64,000 bases of DNA from an uncultured Leptolinea sp. (GTDB lineage: Bacteria; Chloroflexota; Anaerolineae; Anaerolineales; Anaerolineaceae), in contig CAYUQJ010000007.1 of NCBI GenBank assembly GCA_964446955.1, forward strand, positions 103,918 to 167,917. The letters run 5' to 3'. The position numbers and the translations under genes are program-made. Below are positions 48,312-57,684 of this stretch, in pieces. How positions within the stretch are numbered: the first letter of the stretch is position 1; the number at the start of each line of letters is the position of its first letter. The notes under the pieces were generated by a model that did not search any database, was not told the origin of the DNA, and saw only the letters and a list, made by a program, of their open reading frames with translations.

Positions 48312-48890
48312 ATGTTTGAAGAAGAGATTATGGCGGGAAAATGGCTGCATCTGACGGAGTACGACCCGGAAGAAGATGCCGCGGCGGAAGCAGTCTGGAC
48401 ACAGGACCCGCGATACCGCCTGTTGATGGAATATGACCGGCTGCGGGAATATACTCCGGCCGAAATGAAAAAACAAGCCGAAACCTGTCTGCAGGATTCG
48501 AATACAAGTCGAAGACAGTTTTATTTTGCCATGCGGGCCAACAACGATAACCGGCTGGCCGGTGTGTTCACCATCCCCGGCATTGAATGGTCAAACCGGG
48601 TGGCGCAGTTTTGCCTGGCTTTCGGTGATCCACTGGATCTGCAGAACTGGGGCGATGAAGCTTTCCGGCTGGTGCTGGGGTACATGTTTGGTGAGCTAAA
48701 CCTGCACCAGGTGGTCATTCATATTCCGCAGTTCTACCTGGAGATGGTGGAGGCGGCGGAGGCAGCCGGGTTGAAGCAAACCGTACGCCGGCGTGAGGCG
48801 TTGTACTATAACGGCCGTTACTGGGATGATCTCCATTTCACCAACCTGCGGCCGGATTGGCTGGCAATGAAGAAGGGAGGCCGCGCATGA
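48312..48890 (+). CDS. RimJ/RimL-type GNAT (divergent)
   Basis: IEWSNR.A, WGDEA...L.Y.FGELNLH and GRYWD motifs; GAGG RBS. Confidence 0.8.
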   Translation: MFEEEIMAGKWLHLTEYDPEEDAAAEAVWTQDPRYRLLMEYDRLREYTPAEMKKQAETCLQDSNTSRRQFYFAMRANNDNRLAGVFTIPGIEWSNRVAQFCLAFGDPLDLQNWGDEAFRLVLGYMFGELNLHQVVIHIPQFYLEMVEAAEAAGLKQTVRRREALYYNGRYWDDLHFTNLRPDWLAMKKGGRA

Positions 48891-49456
48891 ACCGCATTCT
48901 GGAAGGGGAACGGGTCATTCTGCGGGTGTTTGACCCGGAACGGGACCATACGCACTACCATGCCTGGATGAAGGATAATCACTTCATGCGGCTGCTTGAT
49001 TCGGATCCGATCGTCTTCTGGCCAAAGAAGATGATGAAGGAATGGTTCGAGAAACACACGGATGATTCCATTACCATGGTCATCTACCGCAAAGGTGACG
49101 AGACAAAACCCGTCGGGTTCATTGAGCTGGATGGGATCAACCGGGTGTCTGGCGATTCCTGGGTGGCCATTGGTATTGGCGACCGGGACGATTGGGGCAA
49201 AGGCTATGGAACCGATGCCATGCGATTGATGCTGCGCTACGCCTTCTGCCAGTTGAACCTGCACCGCGTGTCGCTCTCGGTATTTGACTACAATCCGCGC
49301 GCCATCCGCTCGTATGAGAAAGCCGGTTTTATGCGTGAAGGGATCTCTCCGCAATTTCTGGAGCGCGAAGGAGAGCGCTACGATCTGGTATATATGGGGA
49401 TCCTGCGCAGCGAATGGCAGGACCAGTGCCCGGAGACACCGTTGACAGACCGGTAG
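48887..49456 (+). CDS. RimJ/RimL/SpeG-type GNAT acetyltransferase
   Basis: IGIGD...WGKGYGTDA and LNLHRVSLSVFDYNPRAIRSYEKAGF..EG motifs; ATGA overlap. Confidence 0.9.
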   Translation: MNRILEGERVILRVFDPERDHTHYHAWMKDNHFMRLLDSDPIVFWPKKMMKEWFEKHTDDSITMVIYRKGDETKPVGFIELDGINRVSGDSWVAIGIGDRDDWGKGYGTDAMRLMLRYAFCQLNLHRVSLSVFDYNPRAIRSYEKAGFMREGISPQFLEREGERYDLVYMGILRSEWQDQCPETPLTDR

Positions 49457-49509
49457 TACAGACGGCAAAAACACCGGCAGCCCGGCGGCTGATTTGATAC
49501 AATTTCCTT

Positions 49510-50130
49510 ATGGAAAATACTCAACCGGCCATCCGGGCTGTCATTTTTGATATGGGGGGCGTTATATTACGCACCGAAGATCTGACCTCGCGTACCGAAC
49601 TGGCAAAGCGTTTCGGGTTGACGCGCAAGGAGTTGGAGAATATCGTCTTCCAGTCGCCGGAATCGATCAAAGCTGAGGTGGGGGAGTATACCGCCGAAGA
49701 ACACTGGCTGAACGTGGCGCGGCAGTTGAAGTTCCCCGCCGAAGACGTGGATGAATTCCAGCGGGCTTACTGGCAGGGTGATACCGCCGACGCCGAGCTG
49801 GAAGCGTACATCCGCGGACTGCGCCCGCGCTATAAGACCGGCCTGCTGAGCAACGCCTGGCACGGCACGCGCCAGAAGGTGTCGCAGTTGTATACCTTCC
49901 TGGGGGCTTTCGACGCGGTCATCTTTTCCGCCGATGTGCACCTGCGCAAGCCCGACCCGCGCATCTTCCACCTGATGCTGGGACGGCTGGGAGTAAAGGC
50001 CGGCGAGGCCGTCTTTGTGGATGATTTTATGGAGAATATTCGGGGAGCCGAAGCCGTAGGGCTGCACACCGTGCACTTCACCAGCCGCGGGGATGCCGTC
50101 AGGCAGTTACGGGAGTTGGGGGTGGGATAG
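49510..50130 (+). CDS. HAD family phosphatase (YihX-like)
   Basis: FDMGGV, LLSN, KPDPRIF and FVDD..ENI motifs. Confidence 0.9.
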   Translation: MENTQPAIRAVIFDMGGVILRTEDLTSRTELAKRFGLTRKELENIVFQSPESIKAEVGEYTAEEHWLNVARQLKFPAEDVDEFQRAYWQGDTADAELEAYIRGLRPRYKTGLLSNAWHGTRQKVSQLYTFLGAFDAVIFSADVHLRKPDPRIFHLMLGRLGVKAGEAVFVDDFMENIRGAEAVGLHTVHFTSRGDAVRQLRELGVG

Positions 50131-50208
50131 TCCGCAGTGATGTAAGTGAAAATGTTTTAAGATACGTCAGATTTAGGAACAAGATGACGAACTTTATTTG
50201 CAGTTTTT

Positions 50209-51771
50209 TTAGCCGCTGATTACCCTGTTCCTTCCGGTTCTTTTCGCTTCATACAGGGCGTCGTCTGCCCGTTTGATAATCTCATCGATATTTTGGTCAC
50301 TTTCCAGAAAATGTGAAATTCCCAGACTGATTGTTATGTTGCCTGAAGGTTTGAATTGAAATGTCTCAACGGCAATTCTCAATCTCTCTGCCGCTTTAAC
50401 GCCCTGTTCAATATCGGTTTCAGGCAGGAGGGCGATAAATTCCTCGCCACCCCAGCGTGCGAAGATATCGGTAGCGCGAAGTGAATGCGCGATCAATCTG
50501 GTTAGTTCCATCAATACAGAATCACCTGCCTGGTGACCATAAATGTCATTCACTTTTTTGAAATGATCTATATCAAGCAATAGGATGCAGAAATTGCGAT
50601 GATATCTAAGACTTCGCAACAATTCTTTTTCTGATCGGGTTACAAAATGGTGTCGATTGTACGCGCCTGTGAGTTTGTCGGTTTCGGCCAAATACTGCAA
50701 TTTCGTCCGATATCGATTAAGCGCGATAAAGGATCCAATTAATATAAGAATTGTGAGGGTCATTAGAAAAACATTTATGACCATCTGGTCTTTCAGGATT
50801 GCACAATGCTCATCCTCGGTTATCGAGAAGTAATAGCCGGCTGTAACGCCGGCAATATTGTTTATCGGATGAAACCGCACCAAAAAATTCTTATCCAAAT
50901 AGTTAAAATTGAATCCAAACGCCTCATTTTTTGAGAGATTTTCCAGGGCTTTATTTCTGATAATTTCTTTATATTTCTCGTCATTGAGAAACCCGATTTC
51001 ATCATCAATACTTAGAGCGCTTTGTTCCACCTCTTTATCAACCAGGTAGTCTTCAAATAAGGGTGAAACACTGTAATTGTCCTGGTTTTGAACAAAGACT
51101 GTATCTTCAACCATTTCCTTTTTTAGAATAAAGAAATGATTGATATTGGGGTACAAATTATTAAGCGTTTCAATTACCGCTGTTAATGATATTGAGACTT
51201 CGACAGATCCGATATGCCTGTTGTTGTGGCTCAGCGGATAAACAAACCGGTATCCGTTGAATACTCTTCCTTCTTCAAACCCATAGACGTATCGTTGCTC
51301 CGTATTGGCTATTCTGATCGAATCCCGGATATCCAGAAGATTATCGCCATACTGTTCCGGTGCGTGAAATCTTAGAAAACTGTCCCCATTTTCCAGATGG
51401 AAATGCAATTGCCGAAAATTGTATTTTTGTAATAATTTGTATTCATTGTCCAACAGTTCATACAATTCGCTTCGTAATTGATCTTTCTGTTTGTTATCCG
51501 CTTCACCGGCTTTTTCGACAATATCCAGCACTTCTACCCTATTTATGGAACTCTCAAAGAAAAAGGCGGAAAACTCTTCGTATGTTTTCGCGATGCTGTT
51601 AATCGAAGAATCCATGAGTATTATTTCGCTGTCAATGTGATCACTCACAGCGTTTCCATAATTGATATGAATTGCCAGTAATGATATTGACCAGACAACT
51701 ATTGCCAAACCGATGGCAATCAGAACAACATGGCTTTTCTTATAGAAATTGGACATCCCATTCCCAGACAT
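50209..51771 (-). CDS. Membrane sensor diguanylate cyclase (Cache-like domain + GGDEF)
   Basis: Two TM helices flanking an external domain; DKLTG.YNR, DIDHFK.VND.YGH..GD and RWGGEEF motifs. Confidence 0.92.
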   Translation of the reverse strand: MSGNGMSNFYKKSHVVLIAIGLAIVVWSISLLAIHINYGNAVSDHIDSEIILMDSSINSIAKTYEEFSAFFFESSINRVEVLDIVEKAGEADNKQKDQLRSELYELLDNEYKLLQKYNFRQLHFHLENGDSFLRFHAPEQYGDNLLDIRDSIRIANTEQRYVYGFEEGRVFNGYRFVYPLSHNNRHIGSVEVSISLTAVIETLNNLYPNINHFFILKKEMVEDTVFVQNQDNYSVSPLFEDYLVDKEVEQSALSIDDEIGFLNDEKYKEIIRNKALENLSKNEAFGFNFNYLDKNFLVRFHPINNIAGVTAGYYFSITEDEHCAILKDQMVINVFLMTLTILILIGSFIALNRYRTKLQYLAETDKLTGAYNRHHFVTRSEKELLRSLRYHRNFCILLLDIDHFKKVNDIYGHQAGDSVLMELTRLIAHSLRATDIFARWGGEEFIALLPETDIEQGVKAAERLRIAVETFQFKPSGNITISLGISHFLESDQNIDEIIKRADDALYEAKRTGRNRVISG

Positions 51772-52075
51772 ACATTGTGCTCACGAGCCACACTCATAAA
51801 TAAGGAATAAATTAGAATCAAAAATCTTCACAGGAATAATTAATACATGTTTTGATTTGTCTATCCATTAATTTTGTGTAAGTTTTGGAAACTTCGGACC
51901 AAATACAGGGTGCCTGACAATAAATTTTGAAATAGGTGAGTTGCGGTCACCCATTAAAGCCGTCTATGGCCGTTTCTTTTTAGTTGTCAGTATTACCGCT
52001 GGATTCGGCTTTCCCTATCCGCGAAAAACGTATAAACTTCACCTGTTGTCGATCCATCCCATAAGGAGGAGAAAA

Positions 52076-52489
52076 TTGGAATTCGATATTAAAAAAGTGG
52101 ATTATTACAACGTAACGACCGAGGGTCAGGCCGGCGGGGAAGCCAGTGTGCTCTCCGCGTTTGCCGGCGCGGGGGTCAATCTGCTGGCGTACCGGGCTGT
52201 CCCCGCCGGTTCCGGCCGCACTCGATTCTCCTTGTTCCCCAATGACAGCGCGAAAATGATCGCCGGTGGCAAACAGGCCGGGCTGGAATTGGACGGTCCA
52301 TACGCCGCACTGCTTATCCAGGGCGATGATGAGTCAGGCGCGCTGGCGGATATTTTTGACAGGCTTGCGCAGGCCGGGGTCGTGGTCACCGAATCGAATG
52401 GTATCGCCAACATCAATGGCGCGTACGGGGTTGTTCTATATATCCGGCAGGAAGACAGCGAAAAAGCCCTGGCAGCTCTTCACAGTTGA
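52076..52489 (+). CDS. Tandem ACT-domain protein
   Basis: AAGGAGG RBS then TTG at 52076; G....VL.AF..AGVNL and GALADIF..LA.AGV repeats. Confidence 0.75.
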   Translation: MEFDIKKVDYYNVTTEGQAGGEASVLSAFAGAGVNLLAYRAVPAGSGRTRFSLFPNDSAKMIAGGKQAGLELDGPYAALLIQGDDESGALADIFDRLAQAGVVVTESNGIANINGAYGVVLYIRQEDSEKALAALHS

Positions 52490-52697
52490 CAGGATCGCCC
52501 GCAACGCAGGCAATTTGAAGCCGCAAGACATGGGGGGTAAAACACGCCTGGTTTTGATCGAAAAGATGCCATTGAATGGATCAATCTGCCGTGTGTTTTA
52601 CCCGGCCGGATCGCGATTCAGAAATCAAAACCTCCCGGGATGCCGTAAATTATTACAGTCATCCGGTAATGTTTTGGTTCTGAGACGATCGACAAAA

Positions 52698-53189
52698 TTA
52701 CAGCCGCAGGGTTGCCAGTTGGCTTTCCATGCGCTGGGCCAGTACTTGCCTCAGGTGATCTCTCTCCTCATTGATAATGGGGTCAAGAACATCGCTCAAC
52801 TTTGGATAAAGGTTGAGCAACTCTTCCACAAAGAGGATGGAATCACGTTCTATGCGTTCCGCCAGATCGAAAAGGTCATCCTTCGCGGTGATATTCTCTG
52901 CTTCGTCCATCAATTTGACGGTATCGTTTAACATATTTCTTTCGATCAGCAGTTTCAGGTATTGTTCATGTTCTTCTGTGATATCAACATTCAGAGCGGC
53001 CGTTCCCTGAAGTCTATTCAACAAATCTTTGTACATTTCATGATGACGATCTTCGTCTTTTGCCAGATATTCCAGGAATTTACCGCCAATATGAACGTTG
53101 TCAGCCAACTGCCTGTACAACGAGGCAACCGCCTCTTCGTTGGACATCATCATTTTGATCAGATCCGCGCCATCCCATTGTCTTAACAC
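52698..53189 (-). CDS. Ferritin-like/rubrerythrin family protein
   Basis: GGAGGT RBS then GTG at 53189; two E...Y...ExxH halves (DEDRH, EERDH). Confidence 0.8.
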   Translation of the reverse strand: MLRQWDGADLIKMMMSNEEAVASLYRQLADNVHIGGKFLEYLAKDEDRHHEMYKDLLNRLQGTAALNVDITEEHEQYLKLLIERNMLNDTVKLMDEAENITAKDDLFDLAERIERDSILFVEELLNLYPKLSDVLDPIINEERDHLRQVLAQRMESQLATLRL

Positions 53190-53388
53190 GGCACACCTCC
53201 AATTTGTACCTGGAACCATTTGCAATGCAAGATGAGAATCAGGTACATATTAAATATAGCAAACCCGTCAAGTTAGTCAATAGCACCGGGATGAGCCGGA
53301 CTCACATGACAGCGCAATGCCCTCCCAGAGTTCAAGAAGGCGCTTACAGGCCTAATGGGTAAAGATTTCAAGCCGGAATGAAACCTGA

Positions 53389-54552
53389 TCAGGGTGGCGG
53401 TGGGAATGTTTCCGAGAAGCTATTGTTCGTATTGGTCGGGTCGGAAATCCCAGACCCGTTGATCTGGCAGACGAACTGGTACCAATCGTTTGTGGTGTCT
53501 ATTATGATATTGGTGGGGGCCACAACAGTCTGTCCGGCATTCAAGTTCAGGGTAAGCGAAACCGGATAGGCTTTTGACACATTGGTTTTTGCTCCGCCCT
53601 GATAAGCGGTTTTATCCACGGTACAGCTTAGAACTGCTTTTACGTTGGCCGCGTTTTTCGGGCCGTGATTGGTGATCCGCGCCATGACATCACCCTTGGG
53701 GAGGTTCTTGGCGTACAGGTCGGTAATGGCCAGGTCAATGGCGGGTTGTCCGCCGGAAGGGCCAACACCGATCGTAACAGTCACAGATTTGGATGCCGTT
53801 CCGCCGCAACCTGTCGCCATCAGTGTATAGGTTGTGGTTTGAGATGGTTTCACTGTCAGCGTACCAGGCGAGCCGACTTCACCGAATCCGGGTTGAAGTA
53901 TTACGGATTTTACAAGAACATTGCTGGACCCGTTGGTCACTTTGCCCCACGTGAGAATGCTGGATTGCCCGGCTGTGATAATGGCAGGATTGGCACTGAA
54001 ACCGGTGAACACCGGCGCGCCAGGGCAGCCGGATGCCGGTTGGTTTTGTAAAGACGGTGGACTGGTTGGTTCCGGCACAGGTTCTTCCGGAACAATTCCC
54101 GATATGGTTTTGCCGCCTTCCACCAGGATCACTATCTCACGTCGTGTCATACCCGATCCGGTTTCCACTTCCAGTACATACGCGGTTGTTTCCGGCGGAC
54201 AGACTTCCCGCTGGCCTTGCATATCAACGGGAGCGCCGTTGAGAAAAACCGATTCATACCTCCCGGTATTCCATTCCAGCCCGCTGCATTCACCAGCCGC
54301 AATGGTCATTCGATCGACCGCGAATAAAATTTCATCCGGATTGAGATTTTCTTCAGGTTTGATCTCTTCAACCGGTTGTTCGTCCATGGGTGCGTGTTCC
54401 GGCGGAGGTTCTTCTTGAGGCGATGATTCCGGTTGAAAACCTTATTGCGATTGATCGTCAAACCCGACATATTGAAAGGGAAAGCTGCAACTTTGTAGGA
54501 TTATTCCCAGAGCTGTGATGAAGGGTATGAGAAAGAAATAGGTTCTTTTCAT
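53389..54552 (-). pseudogene. Lipoprotein with Ig-like/CARDB-like domains, interrupted by an in-frame TAA
   Basis: GGGAGG RBS, ATG at 54552, signal peptide MKRTYFFLIPFITALGIILQSC, TAA at 54442-54444, then the same frame continues into the 332-aa ORF. Confidence 0.75.
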
Positions 54553-54812
54553 ATTACCCTCCCATACTGCTTACAAGAAAACAGTACCCCCTTCAAATGT
54601 CAGTGTAGCATACTTGCCATAGATTTCAACCAGGGCTGCCATCTGTGGAATACAAAAAGTTTCCATCGGGTGTATGTCTTTCGAGATAATCCGTATGGTT
54701 ATTGCCTGACAGGTTCGAGTAATTTCTTTCCCAAAAAACGATTTGCGTTGAAATCTATTCGGGTCGAAAATAGAGCAAGATCAGTCCCAATGAGAAAGGG
54801 AGGAGTAAAAAA

Positions 54813-55463
54813 ATGAAAACCTTATATCCGGTTTTTGCCCTGATATTGATATCGATTTTTGCCGCATGCGCTCCGCAAAAGCCGGACGAATCGGTCGTAC
54901 AGACTGCCATTGCTGAGACAGAAGAAGTGCGGGCTGCAATGGACACTCCGACAACTGAACCGACGGCTGTTCCAACGAAAGCCCCGACGCAAAAGCCAAC
55001 GAAAAATTCGACCGCTACAGAAAAACCGAAACCAACAGCCACGCCGGAAGAGGTCGTTGAGGAGCCACAGGAATTTGTCAATAAACGGTTTGTGCTCCCG
55101 CACCCGGATAACACCGGCTACATCGATTCGGATATGGCGGATGAGACATGGACAGAGATGATGGACGATCTGGCGCGCAATCAGGCCATTCCCAAACCAT
55201 TCGAATGGCAATTGACCGAGATGCCGGAATCAACGCGCTGGGCGGATGTTTACGATTATTACAAGAAAACTTTGCTTGATGATAACTGGACCATCACATC
55301 AGATGGCGGGAGTTGGGTAACCCTGGCACAGGGGAACTCAATGTATGTCGGCGGGTTTATCAAGGATTTTGAGGATAGGAAGGAAAAAATCGCCATCCTT
55401 TTCTATCCGGTTTCGAGTGACTATCTGTGCCATTATTTTGTGTTGTATTCCCTTCGCAAATAA
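54813..55463 (+). CDS. Lipoprotein with Pro/Thr-rich linker, unknown function
   Basis: GGAGG RBS, lipobox FAAC, PTTEPTAVPTKAPT linker. Confidence 0.8.
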   Translation: MKTLYPVFALILISIFAACAPQKPDESVVQTAIAETEEVRAAMDTPTTEPTAVPTKAPTQKPTKNSTATEKPKPTATPEEVVEEPQEFVNKRFVLPHPDNTGYIDSDMADETWTEMMDDLARNQAIPKPFEWQLTEMPESTRWADVYDYYKKTLLDDNWTITSDGGSWVTLAQGNSMYVGGFIKDFEDRKEKIAILFYPVSSDYLCHYFVLYSLRK

Positions 55464-55467
55464 TGCC

Positions 55468-55561
55468 CGCTGGCTGAGCTTGCGTCACTGCCGTGCGAGC
55501 AAAGGAGCCAATCTCCCCTCGACAGGCTCGGGGAGCGAACCCTCGACAGGCCCGGGGAGCG
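55468..55561. repeat. REP-like composite repeat
   Basis: Two near-identical CCCTCGACAGGC(T/C)CGGGGAGCG copies (55516-55537, 55540-55561) plus a partial inverted copy CGCTGGCTGAGCTTG upstream. Confidence 0.7.
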
Positions 55562-55639
55562 CAAATCCAATTGAGATGAAGCGGCAAACCGGCAGAAAAG
55601 TTGCGGTATGATTACCCCTGAGAGGGGCTGAAATACCAT

Positions 55640-56716
55640 ATGGGCTCCATCCGAAATGAAAAAATTGTAAGAAAGCTGATCCGCATGGCTGCCTGGGTTG
55701 TCATCCTTGTACTACTTGTTCTCTCGGTTTTTCTTTTTTACTTTCGGAAAGCCGATCTTAAAACCTCTACAGGGATCAATGTGTTGGAAAGTGTCATACT
55801 GGGGGAGGAAAAACAGTGTATCTCCATTCGCGGCAATGATCCGGCAAAACCTGTACTTCTCTTCCTGCATGGCGGGCCGGGGAGCGCAAACCTGGCTAAA
55901 TTGCGTATTCAGGTGCCGGCACTGGAAGACCATTTCATTGTGGTCAACTGGGATCAGCGAGGCGCAGGAAAGTCGTATAACCCGTGGATTGATACCCGTA
56001 CCCTGACCCTGGAACGTTTCATCGACGACGGTCACCAGTTGACCGGATTATTGAAAGAGCGCTTCAACGTGGATAAGATATACCTGATGGGTTTTTCCTG
56101 GGGAACGGTACCAGGGTTGAACCTGGCAGTCCGATACCCGGATGATTACTATGGGTATATCGGTGTGGGGCAGGTAGTGGATATGGCTCGGGGGGAGGAA
56201 CTGTCACTGGATTGGGTTATGAGAGAGGCCGAGAAAGATGGAAACCATCTGGCTCTGACAGAACTCAGTGGGATTGATCCGGCTTACGCCAGTTCTAACT
56301 GGCAGGAAAAACTTGGTCTGCAACGGAAATGGTTGCTTCATTATGGAGGTGTGTATCACACAGCCCGCAATTACGACCATGAGATGAAAATGCTCTTTTC
56401 CGCGCCGGAATACTCGTGGTTCAACCGCGCGCTTTGGCCCACGGGAAACTCCGTTTCATTGAGGCAGTTGTGGCCCCGGTTAATGGAATTCCGCTTCCCG
56501 GGTACGGTGGATCAGGTGGATATTCCTGTGATGTTCATTGCAGGACGGTATGACAGGAACACGCCGTCTGAGCTGGCACAGTATTATTTTGAACACCTGG
56601 ACGCGCCGGCCGGTAAGACGTTCATCTGGAGTGAACAGGCCGCGCATGATGTGTTCCACGATGAACCGGACTGCCTGGTTCAGGCAGTGGCTGCGTTCAG
56701 CAAGGTGCACTGGTAG
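55640..56716 (+). CDS. Membrane-anchored alpha/beta hydrolase (proline iminopeptidase-like)
   Basis: LHGGPG, WDQRGAGKS, GFSWG nucleophile, GRYD and AHD motifs. Confidence 0.88.
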   Translation: MGSIRNEKIVRKLIRMAAWVVILVLLVLSVFLFYFRKADLKTSTGINVLESVILGEEKQCISIRGNDPAKPVLLFLHGGPGSANLAKLRIQVPALEDHFIVVNWDQRGAGKSYNPWIDTRTLTLERFIDDGHQLTGLLKERFNVDKIYLMGFSWGTVPGLNLAVRYPDDYYGYIGVGQVVDMARGEELSLDWVMREAEKDGNHLALTELSGIDPAYASSNWQEKLGLQRKWLLHYGGVYHTARNYDHEMKMLFSAPEYSWFNRALWPTGNSVSLRQLWPRLMEFRFPGTVDQVDIPVMFIAGRYDRNTPSELAQYYFEHLDAPAGKTFIWSEQAAHDVFHDEPDCLVQAVAAFSKVHW

Positions 56717-56827
56717 GCTTCTATTTTAATGAACCTGAAGCATTTCTTTGCTATATAAGAATCTGACTATAATCAGACACATACTGGGGGATGATCTGTA
56801 ACCAATCTCATTAATCCGAGGTGTGCT

Positions 56828-57628
56828 GTGGCTGATAAAAAACCGACCGTGGGGTATTTTAAGAACGGTTTGCCATATAACCGTTCAGGCAGCGGTTCGC
56901 GTGATCTGATCGTATTTCAGGGTCTGCTGTTTGAAAATAAACCGCAGCCCATCTTTTTTTCACGGACGTACAAATTCCTTTGGGACAGGTATACCGTGTA
57001 TGAGGTTTTGCGCAAACCCGGCCTGCCGGATGGTTACACCCTGGAAAACATGGCAGATGATTACGCGGAATTGATCCGCAGTGAATTTAAACCGCCTGTG
57101 GATATTATTGGAGTTTCCACCGGTGGTTCGATTGCGCAGGTATTTGCCCTCCGCCATCCGGATCTCATCCGCCGATTGGTCATCCACTCAAGCGCGTATA
57201 AATTGAGTGAACCGGCTCGTGAAGTGCAAAAACGGATCGCCCGGCAGGCGAAAGAACATAATTGGACGGGAGCCTACGCGTGGATGTTGGATTATTTGCT
57301 TCCCTCAGGGCAGCCACAGCGGACCTTGCTGCAATTGATATTCCCATTCATTGCATGGATCATGGGCCTGGTCAGTCATCCGGCAAGCCCTTCTGACCTG
57401 GTTGTTACAGTGGATGCGGAAGACCGATTCAATTTCAGGAATCAACTGGCGGAGATAAAAGTACCAACACTGGTCGTGGCGGGTGATAAAGACCCGTTCT
57501 ACACCGAGAACCTCTTCCGCGAAACAGCCGCCGGGATACCGGGGGCGAAGTTGGCACTGTATCCGAACATGGGACACCCTGCCTCTGGCCGTCAATTCGC
57601 GGCGGACGTCCTCGAATTCCTGGGATAG
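56828..57628 (+). CDS. Alpha/beta hydrolase
   Basis: GVSTGG, PTLVVAGDKD and MGH motifs; GAGGT RBS, GTG start. Confidence 0.88.
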   Translation: MADKKPTVGYFKNGLPYNRSGSGSRDLIVFQGLLFENKPQPIFFSRTYKFLWDRYTVYEVLRKPGLPDGYTLENMADDYAELIRSEFKPPVDIIGVSTGGSIAQVFALRHPDLIRRLVIHSSAYKLSEPAREVQKRIARQAKEHNWTGAYAWMLDYLLPSGQPQRTLLQLIFPFIAWIMGLVSHPASPSDLVVTVDAEDRFNFRNQLAEIKVPTLVVAGDKDPFYTENLFRETAAGIPGAKLALYPNMGHPASGRQFAADVLEFLG

Positions 57629-57684
57629 AATTGTGATTTTTGGATATTCTCCCTCAGGATATAGACGCTACCTGAAGGAAGCGG

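Noticed and set aside
54442-54444. Programmed readthrough (Sec/Pyl) at the internal stop codon
   Set aside because: The codon is TAA, not TGA or TAG, and no SECIS-like hairpin is evident.
55516-55561. Possible CRISPR array
   Set aside because: Only two copies separated by 2 nt, with no spacers and no cas genes.
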